From NCBI GenBank assembly GCA_964016885.1, contig OZ024742.1, positions 290,284,001 through 290,348,000 of the forward strand: a stretch of 64,000 nt of DNA. Direction: 5' to 3'. A model generated the notes under the pieces. It was given only the letters and a program-made list of their open reading frames with translations. It was not told the origin of the DNA and ran no database searches. The stretch is from Eledone cirrhosa. Taxonomy: Eukaryota. Shown piece after piece: positions 25,354-39,446 of the stretch. A program made the translations under genes and the position numbers. How positions within the stretch are numbered: position 1 is the first letter of the stretch; the number at the start of each line of letters is the position of its first letter.

Positions 25354-27744
25354 TGCCTCACAGAGAAGATATAGGAACAAAACAAATGAGTTGAGGTTGG
25401 GCTGGGGAAGACTGTTTAATCATGGATTAACAGTTGTATAATGATGATGATGATTATATAGGTATGTGAGGGAAAAATGAGTTAGTTTTAGGAAGACACT
25501 ACAATACAAATGGAACTATGAATATTGAGTTAACTATGCAAGATAAAGAAAAAAGGAAAGTGAGAGATGAAAAAAAAACAGAACAAAAAAAGAAAAAGCA
25601 AAGAAAGCATTGCTTATGCATACGCTCAACCCACAAATCAACAACAGAATGGAACTCAGCACATTATTTTACATAAAAGGACACACACACACACACAACA
25701 ATTTACACAAGAAATTTGCTTTAACTAGATAATACATATGGCCATTGGTGTCATCCTCCTTCTTCTCGTGGATACTACAGCAAATGTCATGCACAACGCT
25801 TGAAAGTGGTTTAGAAAATTTAAATTTAAATCTAATTTCAAAGCAAATAGACTGGAACGTTTTGCTCTTAGAGTTCCCAATACTCCGAGGAAGGGAATTT
25901 TAAGTCCTGAAATATTAGATTGAAAGGAAAAAAAAAAGATAATAGTAGTAAATACCAAATAACTAACCTTTTCATTGACTTCATTTTACCGTTTATTTTG
26001 TATTGTCTTAGCCTTAAACATAACACTTTCTACATTATATACTAGATACAATGCTTCAAGCAAACTACAACATTCTATTACAAAAATTGATGGGATTGAA
26101 TGTAACCTTAGAAATATTTAATTGTGTTGTATATTTCAGATAAGATATCACTTATCAACATAACAAAGCAAAATGCTAATTAACTTTCTGGATTGAACAG
26201 GTCTTTACAGATCAAGTTAGTACTTATGTGGGTCTACTGACATTGCAATAGGACAGGAGTCCATATTCTTTCTTACACATGATCTCACACTCTACTGAGT
26301 TCATTTTATCATAGCATAAGCACTAGAGGAGTTGTAATGATTTGACACAACTGAGGAGGCTTTCAAACCCTTGTTTGGCAAGCTTTCCATGGCTGGATGT
26401 CCTTCACCAACTACTTTGCAGTGTGTACTGAGTCTATTTATAGTGTAGGTCACTAACACTAGGGAGATTTTGCATGCTGTTGCTGCAACTCAAGGGTCCT
26501 CACAACCTTTTGGCATGGTCTCTAAGGCCATGTGCCCTTTATCGCCTACCACGCTTACAGGATGTACTGAGTGCATTTCCATGTTACCAACATTAGAGAG
26601 GTTGTCAGTTATTGTCCCAAATGAAGAGCCCTCTCTGTTCTGCAAGGGTGGAGGGAGGTTAGGAGATGGGAGCTAAGCATGAAGTTATGGATGATGTATG
26701 GTGGGGTGTGATTTGATAGAATGATGAGTAGTTTGAGGAGTGACATCTAATAGTGTCAGGATGTATAGTGATGTTGAGAATACCTAAACTGTGGTAGTGG
26801 TGGCGGTGTGATCACGTGTGTGGGGAGGGGCTGTGTAGTATTGAAGAGCTAAGAAGTGGTAGTGGAGGGGGAATTGGTAGAGAGAAATGCACATGTGTGG
26901 AGAAATAGCTACTAGGGTGCAATAGAGAAGGTGCCTAAGGACTTTAGAGGTAGAGGGAGGTATTGCTAAGAAGTGATACTGGGATGGAAATGTGCAGTGA
27001 TGGGTCAGGTCACATTTATGCTGGTGGCTGAGTCTTCAACAACTTTGTGATGTGTATATATGAAAATAACGCTAAAAGTTCGACCAGCCTGACCTCTTTT
27101 GAGAAAGGCCATGTGACAACACAGGCAGACTTACTATAATTAAATGCCTATGCTAACAGACCAAGCCTTGGATACAAGAGAACAAAACCTGCAGAAGACG
27201 GGAACTCCAGTTCCATCATGGAAATGCACTCTTGAATTGCATATGCATTATGCAACTAATGGTGTAACTACCAGTGCCCAGAAACCTATCAAAGATTTTA
27301 ATTTCTATTGATTCTAATTCACTTGAGATGGTTCAGGTTAGTCTTCAACCTATTTGTATTTATTACTGAGGTATAAGTATGGTCACTGCCTTCAGTCGTT
27401 TTTCTTGGTGTCACACTTTATTAATTGTTGTGTTTACTTTGGAGGATAATGTTTAACTTCTCGCTCCATTGAGTGCTTTGTGATTGCCTCAAACAACTCG
27501 ATTAGTACCTACAACAATGTGGCAAACAACTTTGTTAACTTGGATAGGTTTCAGCCAATATTAGCTCAGGCAATGTCTAACTTAATATCATCATCAGCTG
27601 AAGCCTTTTAAATCATGCTTCATATATCAGTCTTATATTCGGCACCATGGCTCATTCAAGTAAGGAGTTGATGGTAGAACCATATCCATATGTAGATAGT
27701 ACATCTGAAATTTTGGGGAGGAATTTGTCCAGAAGGAATATGCG

Positions 27745-27778
<34 letters not shown>

Positions 27779-28111
27779 TATATAACAAGGCTGTCATGTT
27801 CTGATGTTAGATTGATTGGGGGCTGTTTGGCTTTGATCAATGGTTGCTTAATACAATCTACTTAATAGCATGTACTGGGAGTATTCTACTGTGGCACCAA
27901 CATTGCCACTGTCTGTCTCTCTCCATTTATCTATCCATCTATCCTTCGATCTGTCAGTCCACCCACCAGTTAGCCGAAAGAAAGATAAGTAGATAGACCG
28001 CTAACTAGACTATGGACATACATGCATGCACACACACACACATACATACATAATACTATTATGCTATGTCAATACCAGCCTTGAAAATAGTATTTTTGTA
28101 TTCATTTTCAG

Positions 28112-28236
28112 GAAGGACTCCATCAAAGACAACTGTTCCTGATTCACAACAAAAACATTTGTCTCCTAGCACCAATTTGGAATATTCAAAAAATATTGAT
28201 ATTAAAGTAATGCTTGATTCAATTTCTAATATCTCT
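28112..28236 (+). CDS. PARP14: Macro-PARP exon C' (duplicate of C)
   Basis: Same 125-nt length and splice sites as exon C. Encodes RTPSKTTVPDSQ...IDIKVMLDSISNIS. Confidence 0.82.
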
Positions 28237-29101
28237 GTGAGTAAACAAATTTGTATCAAATATTTAAATTTACTTATTCTATTTTCAAATAATAAACTAT
28301 TTATGTTGACTGAAACAGTAAAATGCAACCTCTAAATTTTCTTCATATAACACTGTCAATCTTTTTAACTGTTTTTCTACCAAACCAGCTGAAACTAGCC
28401 CTGGTTGTATGATACAAAACTATTGGTTTTTCAAGCAATTATATTTATCTAAAAACCTTCCACCATATTTTATGCATAACCCTTAATTAAGAAACACCAG
28501 TTTAATAATCCCTTCTTTTTACTCCTTTTGTCCTTAATATCTGCTTTGTGTGTATTGTGGAAGGAGATAACAGTGAATGATATGTTTCTAGGTCATGTGA
28601 TTAGAAGCTATATCAGACTATTGGTGATGGTCAATGTGACATTCTTGAAGGGATTTCTTCATAGAATCCTTGTATCTTTCTTAATGTAATTACATTAATG
28701 ACACCAGTCTTCCAATACTCTATATATGAGTCTAATAATACTAACATAATTATTACCTCCTCCTACTCCTTCTCATCATCATCATCATCATCATCATTTA
28801 ACATCTATTTTCCCTGCTTAGGTTGGACGGGTTGGGACAGCAATAAAGAGGTTGCATGTCTTTGACATGACTAATAAATCCTCTTGACCCTTTGTTTAAT
28901 AATTTCTTTCTTTCAGCTTGATACCCTTTCTTTCACCAACCAGTTCACGGAATATACCGTATGCATTTTATCATGCCACTAATACTACAGAGATTGATCT
29001 GTCATTGACACAACTGACAAGTCCTTTTGACACATAACAACAATATGTAATTATTTTCAGTGTCCAAATTTCTTAGCTGTTACCCTAATTTACTCTTGTA
29101 G

Positions 29102-29329
29102 GTTGATGTTATTGTTAACAGCACCAATAAAGAACTCAATCTTAATTCTGGTGGTATCTCCAAATTTATTTTGCAAACTGCTGGTCCACAGATACAAGAA
29201 GAGTGCAATGCAAATTATCCTCAAGGTATTTCTACATCTACAATAGCCGTCACAAAGGGCTATAACCTGAAATGTGAATATGTATTTCATGTTTGTTTAC
29301 CTGAATGGCATAAAGATAAATCTGATGAA
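29102..29329 (+). CDS. PARP14: Macro-PARP exon D', macrodomain 3
   Basis: 228 nt, ag/gtaagt. Identical to exon D except near the 3' end (VCLPEWHKDKSDE). Confidence 0.9.
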
Positions 29330-29453
29330 GTAAGTATCAATTAAATACCATATCATCACCATCATCAACGTCTCCACCACCACCACAACCCCCACCACCA
29401 CCACCCCCACCACCACCACCATTGACATTATTGCCATCATTATTTTCCATTCA

Positions 29454-29642
29454 TTTGGGCGGTGGATTAGCAGTATCGGTAGAGAGTCGGACGCCATGCT
29501 TTCCAGTATAGTTACGTCCCTTTACGGTCTGAGTTCAAATCCCGCCGACGTTAACTTTGTCTTTCATCCTATGGGGTCGATAAAATAAAGTACCAGTAAT
29601 GTACTGGGTAATTTACTGGTCTTGTGCCAAAAGTAGAAACAG
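29454..29642 (+). mobile_element. SINE with 14-bp TSD
   Basis: TTATTTTCCATTCA at 29440-29453 and 29643-29656. Absent from the paralogous site near 12225. Confidence 0.9.
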
Positions 29643-30689
29643 TTATTTTCCATTCACTTTCTATGTTGACATAGGTTGGACAGATTGTCAGGGTTTGAGC
29701 TTTAAGAATCTCTTCAACAAACATAACACTAGATGACTGGTTACCAAAGTAAGTTTTCTAGGTTGTCTCCATTGATTTTTTAGAAAACCAGAATTAGTCC
29801 TTTAGTTTACATATTGAGACACCAAACCATCGTATTCATTCTATAATGTATGGGATTTCTAGTAATGAATCTTTTCTTGTCATGTATAATGTTTTTTAAT
29901 GTCTAAAGAAAATTAATTGTCGCAGGAATGCCACCACTTAAAATAAAATTTCACCAGGGATAGATTATGAAAATTTAATAAGCAGGGGATTGGAAAAAAT
30001 CTGAAAAATTAATAAGTGGTGGGGATTGATTATTTGAGACACCTGAGAATATATGAATTAAATGTATACAAACTACAAGACAGATGAACACGTAATCATA
30101 AATTTGCATCACACCAAACCATAAATTAACAGTTTCAATGTACTAAAATGAATAAACTCCTTATTTTAAGTATACAAACCTAAAAATGAATAACACGATT
30201 TATTCATTTGGTTACAAAACTGAAAGTTATAAACTTCATGAAAGCAACTGTTACATTGGCCATTAATGTATAACACACACATGAATGCTCACCATGCATT
30301 TACAAGGAGAAATAGCAGCACACTACACCACACACCATAAAATAAAGCTGGATAGGAGAACATTAATGAGAATACATCTGTATTATAGAGGATTCTAAAC
30401 AAAAACAAAAAAACATTTAATCATGGAAGAGATCAGTATACATCATCATCATCATTTAAAGTCTATTTTCCCAGTCAAATGCTAATGAGGCAAACAACAT
30501 ACACATGTCATAAACATGAGACTTATCAGGTAGAAGTCTAATGGTCAAACTTTAAGATTCATGTTCTGGTAAGAAAGCCATAGAATGCTGGAAAAGTAGG
30601 AACTGCATAACATTTCATAAAGTATATTTGCCTACTTAAAAGAGGCAGTAAAAGTAAACCAGCAACATTCCTCATAATGAGACTGTATA

Positions 30690-32010
30690 TAATCATCATC
30701 ATCACTTTACATCTACTTTTCCACGCTGGGACAGATGGGTCCTTTTCAGCACAGCCGCTTTCTACTTGCTCCAATCTTTTATTGTCTCTACTATGAGTTT
30801 CAGTGATTTGAAATCAGCTCTTATGACTTCTGCTCCGGTCTTCCTTGGTTTACCTCTACTGTGGCTTCCTTCCACTGGGATTTCTTGGCACTTCTTCACC
30901 TAGCAATCATCATCTATTCACATCACATGTCTATACAAGCTCAGTCTTCTCTTCTGACTATAAATGTTTCCTCTTATACTTAGTTTCTATCTCAGTTCAT
31001 ACATGCTTAGTTTCTCATGCATATTAATATTGCACGTCCATGAAAGCATGATTACTTCATTTCTCTCCAGCCTTCACATACCCTCTGCAGTAACTGCTCA
31101 AGTTTCACTACCAGGCAAGATTTTCAGATAGCATACAGGCATCATACACCTGACCTTTCATTCATAGAGAGAAACAACTTCTTGTCAACAGGGGTAGTAA
31201 CTCTCTAAACTTCTTCCATCCTGTTCTTATTCTAGTTACTATGCTCCTTGAACACCCACCTCCTCTGCTAATTTTGTCACCTAGATAGCAGTAGCTATTA
31301 ACCACCTCTACATATCCTACATAAAATTGAAAAAGGTGTATATCTTTGACACTCTTACTATCAATTTTCCCTGAACATCTATTACATACAAAGTCTTTTT
31401 TCTTGTTAGTCTGCCTGTTACCCTGCTACACTTTTTATGTACCAAAGATTTACATTGTGTTCATAGTATAGAATTTCTACCTACTCATTTTCTACATATC
31501 AAGCATGGCTATTTTCCTTGTGGGATCAGAACCTTGTCTTATTTTCTACTTATTAACACTTTGGTTCTTGCTACGTTTACTCACAGCTCTTTTGTTTCTA
31601 AGTTCTGTTTCCACAGACTAAAATTGTCCTCTAGTTCTTTTGTGGATTCAGCTATAAGAACCAGATCATTGGTATACAGAAATTCCCATGGGCAATCCAT
31701 TTTAAACTCCTTTGTTATGGCCTGAAGGACAGAAGTTGGCTGAGATCTGAGTTCTGATGTACTCCAACCTGTACTTTAAATTCCTTGCTAAACTTACTTC
31801 CTACTCGCACTTTACTAACAGCTCCTCTGTACATCACTTGCTATGCTCTCACAAGCCATTCTTCTACACCTAGTTTCCTTAAGCGCCACCAGATGATAAA
31901 TTGTGGTACTCTGCCAAAAGCTTTCTTCAGCTCAACAAAAGCTAGATGTAGAGGCTTACTCTTAGCTAAGAACTTCTCTTGTAGTTGTCTCATCTGTAGT
32001 ACTCCTCCCT
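30690..32010 (-). mobile_element. Degenerate RTE fragment
   Basis: Minus strand RQLQEKFLAKSKPLHLAFVELKKAFGRVP...LGVEEWLVRA; (ATC)n tail near 30695. Confidence 0.82.
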
Positions 32011-32019
32011 GGCACACAA

Positions 32020-33463
32020 TATTGTTGGTTACTGCCTTGTTGGGACTTGCTGTACTGTTGGTTACTGCCTTGTTGGGACTTGCTGTACTGTTGGTTACTG
32101 CCTTGTTGGGACTTGCTGTACTGTTGGTTACTGCCTTGTTGGGACTTGCTGTACTGTTGGTTACTGCCTTGTTGGGACTTGCTGTACTGTTGGTTACTGC
32201 CTTGTTGGTTACTGCCTTGTTGGTTACTGCCTTGTTGGAACTTGCTGTACTGTTGGTTACTGCCTTGTTGGGACTTGCTGTACTGTTGGTTACTGCCTTG
32301 TTGGTTACTGCCTTGTTGGAACTTGCTGTACTGTTGGTTACTGCCTTGTTGGGACTTGCTGTACTGTTGGTTACTGCCTTGTTGGGACTTGCTGTACTGT
32401 TGGTTACTGCCTTGTTGGTTACTGCCTTGTTGGTTACTGCCTTGTTGGTTACTGCCTTGTTGGAACTTGCTGTACTGTTGGTTACTGCCTTGTTGGAACT
32501 TGCTGTACTGTTGGTTACTGCCTTGTTGGGACTTGCTGTACTGTTGGTTGCCTTGTTGGAACTTGCTGTACTGTTGGTTACTGCCTTGTTGGTTACTGCT
32601 GTACTGTTGGTTACTGCCTTGTTGGAACTTGCTGTACTGCTGTTTACTGCCTTGTTGGGACTTGCTGTACTGTTGGTTACTGCCTTGTTGGGACTTGCTG
32701 TACTGTTGGTTACTGCCTTGTTGGGACTTGCTGTACTATTGGTTGCCTTGTTGGAACTTGCTGTACTGTTGGTTACTGCCTTGTTGGGACTTGCTGTATT
32801 GTTGGTTACTGCCTTGTTGGAACTTGCTGTACTGTTGGTTGCCTTGTTGGAACTTGCTGTACTGTTGGTTACTGCCTTGTTGGAACTTGCTGTACTATTG
32901 GTTGCCTTGTTGGAACTTGCTGTATTGTTGGTTACTGCCTTGTTGGAACTTGCTGTATTGTTGGTTACTGCCTTGTTGGGACTTGCTGTACTGTTGGTTG
33001 CCTTGTTGGAACTTGCTGTACTGTTGGTTACTGCCTTGTTGGGACTTGCTGTACTGTTGGTTACTGCCTTGTTGGGACTTGCTGTACTGTTGGTTGCCTT
33101 GTTGGAACTTGCTGTACTGTTGGTTACTGCCTTGTTGGGACTTGCTGTACTGTTGGTTACTGCCTTGTTGGGACTTGCTGTACTGTTGGTTACTGCCTTG
33201 TTGGGACTTGCTGTACTGTTGGTTACTGCCTTGTTGGGACTTGCTGTACTGTTGGTTACTGCCTTGTTGGGACTTGCTGTACTGTTGGTTACTGCCTTGT
33301 TGGTTACTGCCTTGTTGGGACTTGCTGTACTGTTGGTTGCCTTGTTGGAACTTGCTGTACTGTTGGTTACTGCCTTGTTGGGACTTGCTGTACTGTTGGT
33401 TACTGCCTTGTTGGGACTTGCTGTACTGTTGGTTACTGCCTTGTTGGTTACTACCTTGTTGGG
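32020..33463. repeat. 33-bp minisatellite (TTGGTTACTGCCTTGTTGGGACTTGCTGTACTG)n with 15- and 30-bp variants
   Basis: Homogeneous tandem array; accounts for the four long overlapping ORFs. Confidence 0.97.
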
Positions 33464-34223
33464 AGTGACTTCCAAAAAACATGTCATAGTAAGATGTTAA
33501 TTGCCAATTAACTCTAAAGGCCTTGTACTGCATGAAACTACGTTGGACAATTTTGAAATGTACAAAACAGCACTACGAGTGCAGAAAATAAAAAAAAGTA
33601 TTTTACTACAATACTGCGAATGTTCATAATTATCATCATTATCATCATTGTTTAACGTCCATCTTCTATACTAGCATGGGTAGGACGGGCTGTCCCTTTG
33701 TGAGAGATCAGGTTGGAGAACTGATTTGCTGACACAGAACTGATTTTGACTTCATTTCTACGGTTGGATACCCTTCCTAATGCCAACCACATTTACAGTG
33801 TGTCCTGGGTGCTTTTTGTTGTGACATCTATACGACCTCTTTATAGTGAGGACAGTGCTTTTGTCGTGACACCTACATGACCACTATATAGCTCTTTCAC
33901 AATGTATCCAGCAATAAAGATACTATATGTATGTGAATTAACAAACTTGTTTTTAGATATTTTCTGCTAAATCATTACAGGATGGCAAGAGTTAACATAA
34001 CATCCTGTACCACATGAAAGCACATTAGCAAGACACGCTTGAAAAGCACAAATCTGTGCTATGACCACATCACATTAAAAATTAAAATCTTCACTCTTTG
34101 TCACAGCAATCTGTTCACTAATAAAGATACTATAAACAATTGAATTAACAAATTTATTTTTAGATATTTTCTGCTAAATAATTTCAGGATGTTAAAAGTT
34201 AATGAATCATAATTTGTTTTTAG

Positions 34224-34451
34224 ATTTTGATGAGCTTAAACAATATAATACTCACTTGTCTACAAACTGCTGAGGAAAGGGGAGCCAAAAGCATTGCATT
34301 CCCTATATTAGGGGCAGGAATCTTGAAATACCCTCTTGGTGAACTACCTTCAACCATGTATGATGCCGTGAAAACATACTCACATAGTAATACAAGGCAG
34401 ATTGATGTTGTCAACTTTGTTATTTTACCTACAGATTCAAACATAATAGAG
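34224..34451 (+). CDS. PARP14: Macro-PARP exon E', macrodomain 3 C-terminal half
   Basis: tttttag acceptor, gttggt donor, 228 nt. Encodes CLQTAEERGAKSIAFPILGAGILKYP... Confidence 0.88.
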
Positions 34452-35099
34452 GTTGGTTGATTTATTTTGTTTTTATTGTATTTTTGATTCTCTTGATATT
34501 CTTAATTCTTTTTCTTGTTATAATATGTTGTAACCATAGTTACTATTATTAGATTGCAGTCATGGTTATAGAAATTAGACTATGCCCATGGTTACAGTTA
34601 TTAAATTGTAGCCATGGTTAGTTATTCAACTAGTTATGTTTACAGTTTTTGAATTGGCCATTGTTACAATCATTAGACTGCTGCCATGCTTGGGCACCAC
34701 CTTAAACAGATTTAGTACTTATCTATGTTGCTCAAGGGTTGGATGAATCAGTACAGTCTAAAACTAGACCACATTTTGACTAATAAATTCCATGGCTAGA
34801 TACACTTCTTAATGTCAACCACCTTATAGAGTGTATTGGATGCATTTTATTATGGCACCATCATTTTATATATTTACATATATTTCTTGGTAGAGGTATT
34901 CTGATAGAGAATGACTCACATGTGGCAGATAGTGATATGACCACTAGATATGATGGTTAGTTGAGGCATAAGTGGGTTTCTGTTGAATGAATAAGCAACA
35001 CTGGATCAAACAGTATTAAGCTACTAGGGAAGATGGAATAAAGGGTGACACTGTTAGCTTTCAAATAAACTCTTACAAGTTAGCAATGTACATATGATG

Positions 35100-36200
35100 A
35101 AGCAAGTAAAGTGTGCCTCTAAACAAGTCTAGTCTTTGTGGGTCTGAGAAAATTACCAAATTGGTGACAGGTGCAAATAAGATCACCAAAAAGTGCACCA
35201 CGCCAAGCTTCTTTCACACACAGCATTTAAAAGCTGAAGCAGAAACTGCTCAGCTGAACAAGTTCTATATTGTTTCAATGTCCTCAGTTTTCTCAGGGAG
35301 TTCTCTGAATTTGGATACAATAGTGTCTGCATACCTGGTCCTGACTTTCTTATCCACCAACGCTTCCCACTTTATCTTGTTGGTCACCCTGGACCTGCCA
35401 GTTTTGTGGGCTTATTTGGCTTTAGGTAGTCTCAAGCTGTAGATAAATAGATGATGACCAGTTGACAGCTCAGCCCCTCTCTTAACACAAATATCCAGTA
35501 CTGAACCAAAGAGATCAGAGGCAATAACAAACTCAATTATTGATCTCTGTCCCTGATTCCCCTTATACCATGTAGATTTATGGATGTTTCTGTGCTGGAA
35601 GAAGGTGTTTATAATAGAGAGTCCATTGCTAAAACAGAAGTCTAATAAGGCCTCTCCATTCATATATAGGTTGGGATTACCGATCCTTCCAATCATTCCT
35701 TTCCATGTCAGGTGGTCTGTGCTAACATGTGCATTGAAGTCTCCCATTAGGATATATGACTCAGTCTTAACTAGATCTTACGCTGCAGTGACTTCATCAA
35801 GGAAGGATCTGTATTTGGACTCTTTGTTCAGTGAATAAACTTGCACCACCCACAAAAACCTATCTTTCAGCCTAAGCTTCAAGAGGCAAATCCTCCCACC
35901 TAATGATGTCCAGTCTATAACACATTCTGACAGTCGGGGGGCTGTGAGTATCCCCACTGCTGCCTGTGCAGTCATTTCTGGTGTCATATCTGAATAGTGG
36001 AGTTTCTATTCTCTATCCAAATCTTCAGTACCAGATCCACGGAACTTGTTGAGGAAACCCAAACTATATATAGCTGGAAGCATCTAAACCCCTCCACTAG
36101 TTACCGCTCCTTACCTGTAAGGATTGTGATGCTCCAGGTTCCAATTGTCAAGGTTTGTTAGCTTCCAAACCATCTTTGGTGTCTCGAGATATGCAATTGC
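35100..36200 (-). mobile_element. Degenerate LINE APE endonuclease fragment (second RTE-like family)
   Basis: VGILTAPRL, QVYS, MGDFNAHV, IINTFFQH, STGHHL. Confidence 0.8.
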
Positions 36201-36515
36201 TATGCGTCTATCCCATGCCTCCCAGGACAGGCTGTAAGCTCATTACCAGTTTTTACAGCATGAAATAGAGACTGCAATATATTTTTTGAACAGGTCCCTC
36301 TACTTAAGGCCCGAATGTGTCCCTTATTAATTCATGTGAAGGATAATATTGCAGTTTTGGTGGTTTTATTCTTGCCAGTCACCAATCTGGTACTTTCTCA
36401 GACCCATGAAGACTAGGCTTTTTTAGAGGTGGCATTTTCATAGCTACATCACTGGGTTGTGAAAGATTTCTTGGGAACTAAAGGTAACACCCATTACTTC
36501 ATCTCCCTTAGTAAT

Positions 36516-39238
36516 TTAACAGGGTAGATGAATGAAGGTCGTTAGTTGACGGTGTGGTAGGGTGATAGTATCCTCGTTGGATTGTCTTGTCGACATAGAC
36601 ATGAGGGAAGGTCCCTCGATCTATTTACCATCTTTGTATTTACAATATTCCTTTCGTCAGGTCGCCAATTCCAGCAGCATGGATTATAGATGTTATTGAG
36701 ACACGAGTAACATAATAATGATTTCAACAGCAGAAATTAGAGATGAAATGTATGTTTATTTTTGATGTAACACAAACAATGTTTGTTAACTTATATGGTT
36801 GAAGTTACACATAAAAAGAGGTTACAAAAGGGAATGTGCCATTGCGCTGGAAAGCTGGCGAGGCTAGGGTGCAAAATCTCACCGTTACATTATGCGTATT
36901 GCTGGTTCGAAGTTCCTGGTACAAGAGAGAGATTCTTCAAATCTTCGCGGAGAATTTCTTCCTCAGGGCGCGTAGGCATACATCCTCTTCTACTGGCGCT
37001 GATTGGCTGAACTGAGCCAAATCACGCACAGAGAATGTATGTGAGCCCACGGAATGTAGGTCACTACAATACCTCCGAGCAGATTTTTAGCCGAAAATCG
37101 TAAACGAAGAAGCTAAGGACCCACAAGGAAGTCGATACAGATTATTGAATCAGCAAGAACAAATGCTGAAAGAGCACATCAGTTTAAAAAAAAAATTGGG
37201 CAGAAGGCTGCATGCAAGAAAAATAATGAGGCGCTACGGGCCGTGTTGAGCCGCTGTGTCAAATGACCAGCTGTTTTGTTGTTTATATGTGACCAGTAAA
37301 GGTCTAACAAAAACGGATAAAGTCTGACATGGGCGAAGTTGCTGTTCTTGCAGTTAATGGTAAGTGTTGCACCAGTAGCTGTGGACGAAGCTATTATGGT
37401 AGTTTACCAGTGCTGGCAAGAAGATGATGGGTAGGCGAGAAAATGTTGGCCTCCCAGATGTATTGCCGAATGTGCTAGGGAGCCAGGAAAAAATGGCTGG
37501 TTGCTTTGAAAAGTAAAAAAAGCAAGTTTAATCTGTAGGTGGGTTGCAGTGTAAATTCCATAATTCGAGCGAATTCACAGAAGTGGCCGAAATGCTGACA
37601 AGTCCAGTTCTATTTGCTGTTTTCCCAGCGAGTCGGGCAAAAACAGCAAGACGAAGGCCGTCATGGACGATCAGTGTGCAACGAGATGCAAAACTGTTTG
37701 AGTTCAGCTGCAATTAGTATTCTCGTGTTGCGGTGCCCGTTTGAATCCAGTGGATTAAGCTCCGTGAGCTGCTAGCATGTGACAGCACCTCAACCAGGTG
37801 AAAAGGGACTCGCAGAATATTACGTTTGAAGAACATATACCAAGAACAACATGTTGGTGTGTGACAAAAAAAATGTGTGCATATGCAGGCATGTAAAACA
37901 GCAAAGAATGTGAATGAACAAAAACCATGAGCAAGCAAATAGCAAACGAGCACAAAACAAGTAAATGCATTCTACAAAGAAATATGTGAATGTAACAAAC
38001 TGATAATTCAAAGTCAATCTAAGGGAGCAGAGAAATTGCTCAATAAGTTCAAAGTTTTTCAAAGTCAAATAGTTCACATATCACCAGTGTACAGACTTTC
38101 TGACACTAGTTCTATCTGAAAACTGAAAAACAAGTTTGTTAATGCCGTTAGGGGTTAGATGTATGGTGTTTTTGAGAGTTTTCGTGGCCATTTTACCGTC
38201 CTCCCACCTTGTGTGACATAAGGTTGTGTTGCTTGTTGTTAAAGCAAAGTCAATGCATCTTCTGTAGAGTAGCAGTCACCAACATGGCAGCCACGTCTGA
38301 CGCCATAATGGTGAGAAAACTACTGTCTCAATTTCTCGAGTCCCTGTGGTAATGAGACAGAAGGTATGGTGGTTGCGTCGGTAAAGTTACAAGCCGTTTT
38401 GAAATTTCCGATGTGTGGTGGTTTGCGTTGGTAAGGCTATGAAGCTGCCACTCACTATTCCCTGTTTTGGTCAGTGGCTAAACAATGCTGTCGTTGTTGT
38501 TGTCGAGTGTAGCCATCTTGAAATTTCCTCGTGGCGAAAAGTTTTTGAAATACTGCTAATGTTTCAAAAAAAACTTTGAAAGGAATATATTGTATTTTCG
38601 CAAGTTGCGAAAAGGCCGGCAACGCGGCAATAAAAGTTCAACTGTATAAAAAAGAAGGGCTGCGTTAAATTCTTACGTTGGTCATCACTTTAGCAGGGTA
38701 GATGAATGAAGGTCGTTAGTTGACAGTGTGGTAGGGTGATAGTATCCTCGTTGGATTGTCTTGTCGACATAGACGTGAGGGAAGGTCCCTCGATCTATTT
38801 ACCATCTTTGTATTTACAATATTCCTTTCGTCAGGTCGCCAATTCCAGCAGCATGGATTATAGATGTTATTGAGGCACGAGTAACATAATAATGATTTCA
38901 ACAGCAGAAATTAGAGATGAAATGTATGTTTATTTTTGATGTAGCACAAATAATGTTAACTTATATGGTTGAAGTTACACATAAAAAGAGGTTACAAAAG
39001 GGAATGTGCCAGTGCGCCGGAAAGCCGGCGAGGCTAGGGTGCAAAATCTCACCGTTACATTATGCGTGTTGCTGGTTCGAAGTTCCTGGTACAAGAGAGA
39101 GATTCTTCAAATCTTCGCGGAGAATTTCTTCCTCAGGGCGCGTAGGCATACATCCTCTTCTACTGGCGCTGATTGGCTGAACTGAGCCAAATCACGCACA
39201 GAGAATGTATGTGAGCCCGCGGAATGTAGGTCACTACA
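36516..39238 (-). mobile_element. Non-autonomous LTR element with paired ~550-bp LTRs
   Basis: Direct repeats 36516-37068 and 38690-39238 are near identical; 5-bp TSD GTAAT at 36511-36515 and 39239-39243. The minus-strand LTR starts TGTAG. The 1.6-kb interior has no long ORF. Confidence 0.88.
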
Positions 39239-39446
39239 GTAATTTACCACTGTTGGTCCAGGGGTTGTTTACTTGTCCAGCAGGTGTTCACTTATATCAT
39301 AACTAACTAATATTACTGTTGGCCGTATCGTTATTCCCCACCTATGACCTGTTCTCTAGCAGAACAGCTCTGCCAAAAAGTATAAGAGTAACAAATAAAA
39401 ACCAAGAGAAATATTAATTTAAAACAATATTCACTAAAACAATATT

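Noticed and set aside
31785-33533. Four long overlapping ORFs (571, 548, 473 and 212 aa)
   Set aside because: They result from a stop-free 33-bp minisatellite fused to an RTE remnant inside an intron; there is no evidence of a protein.
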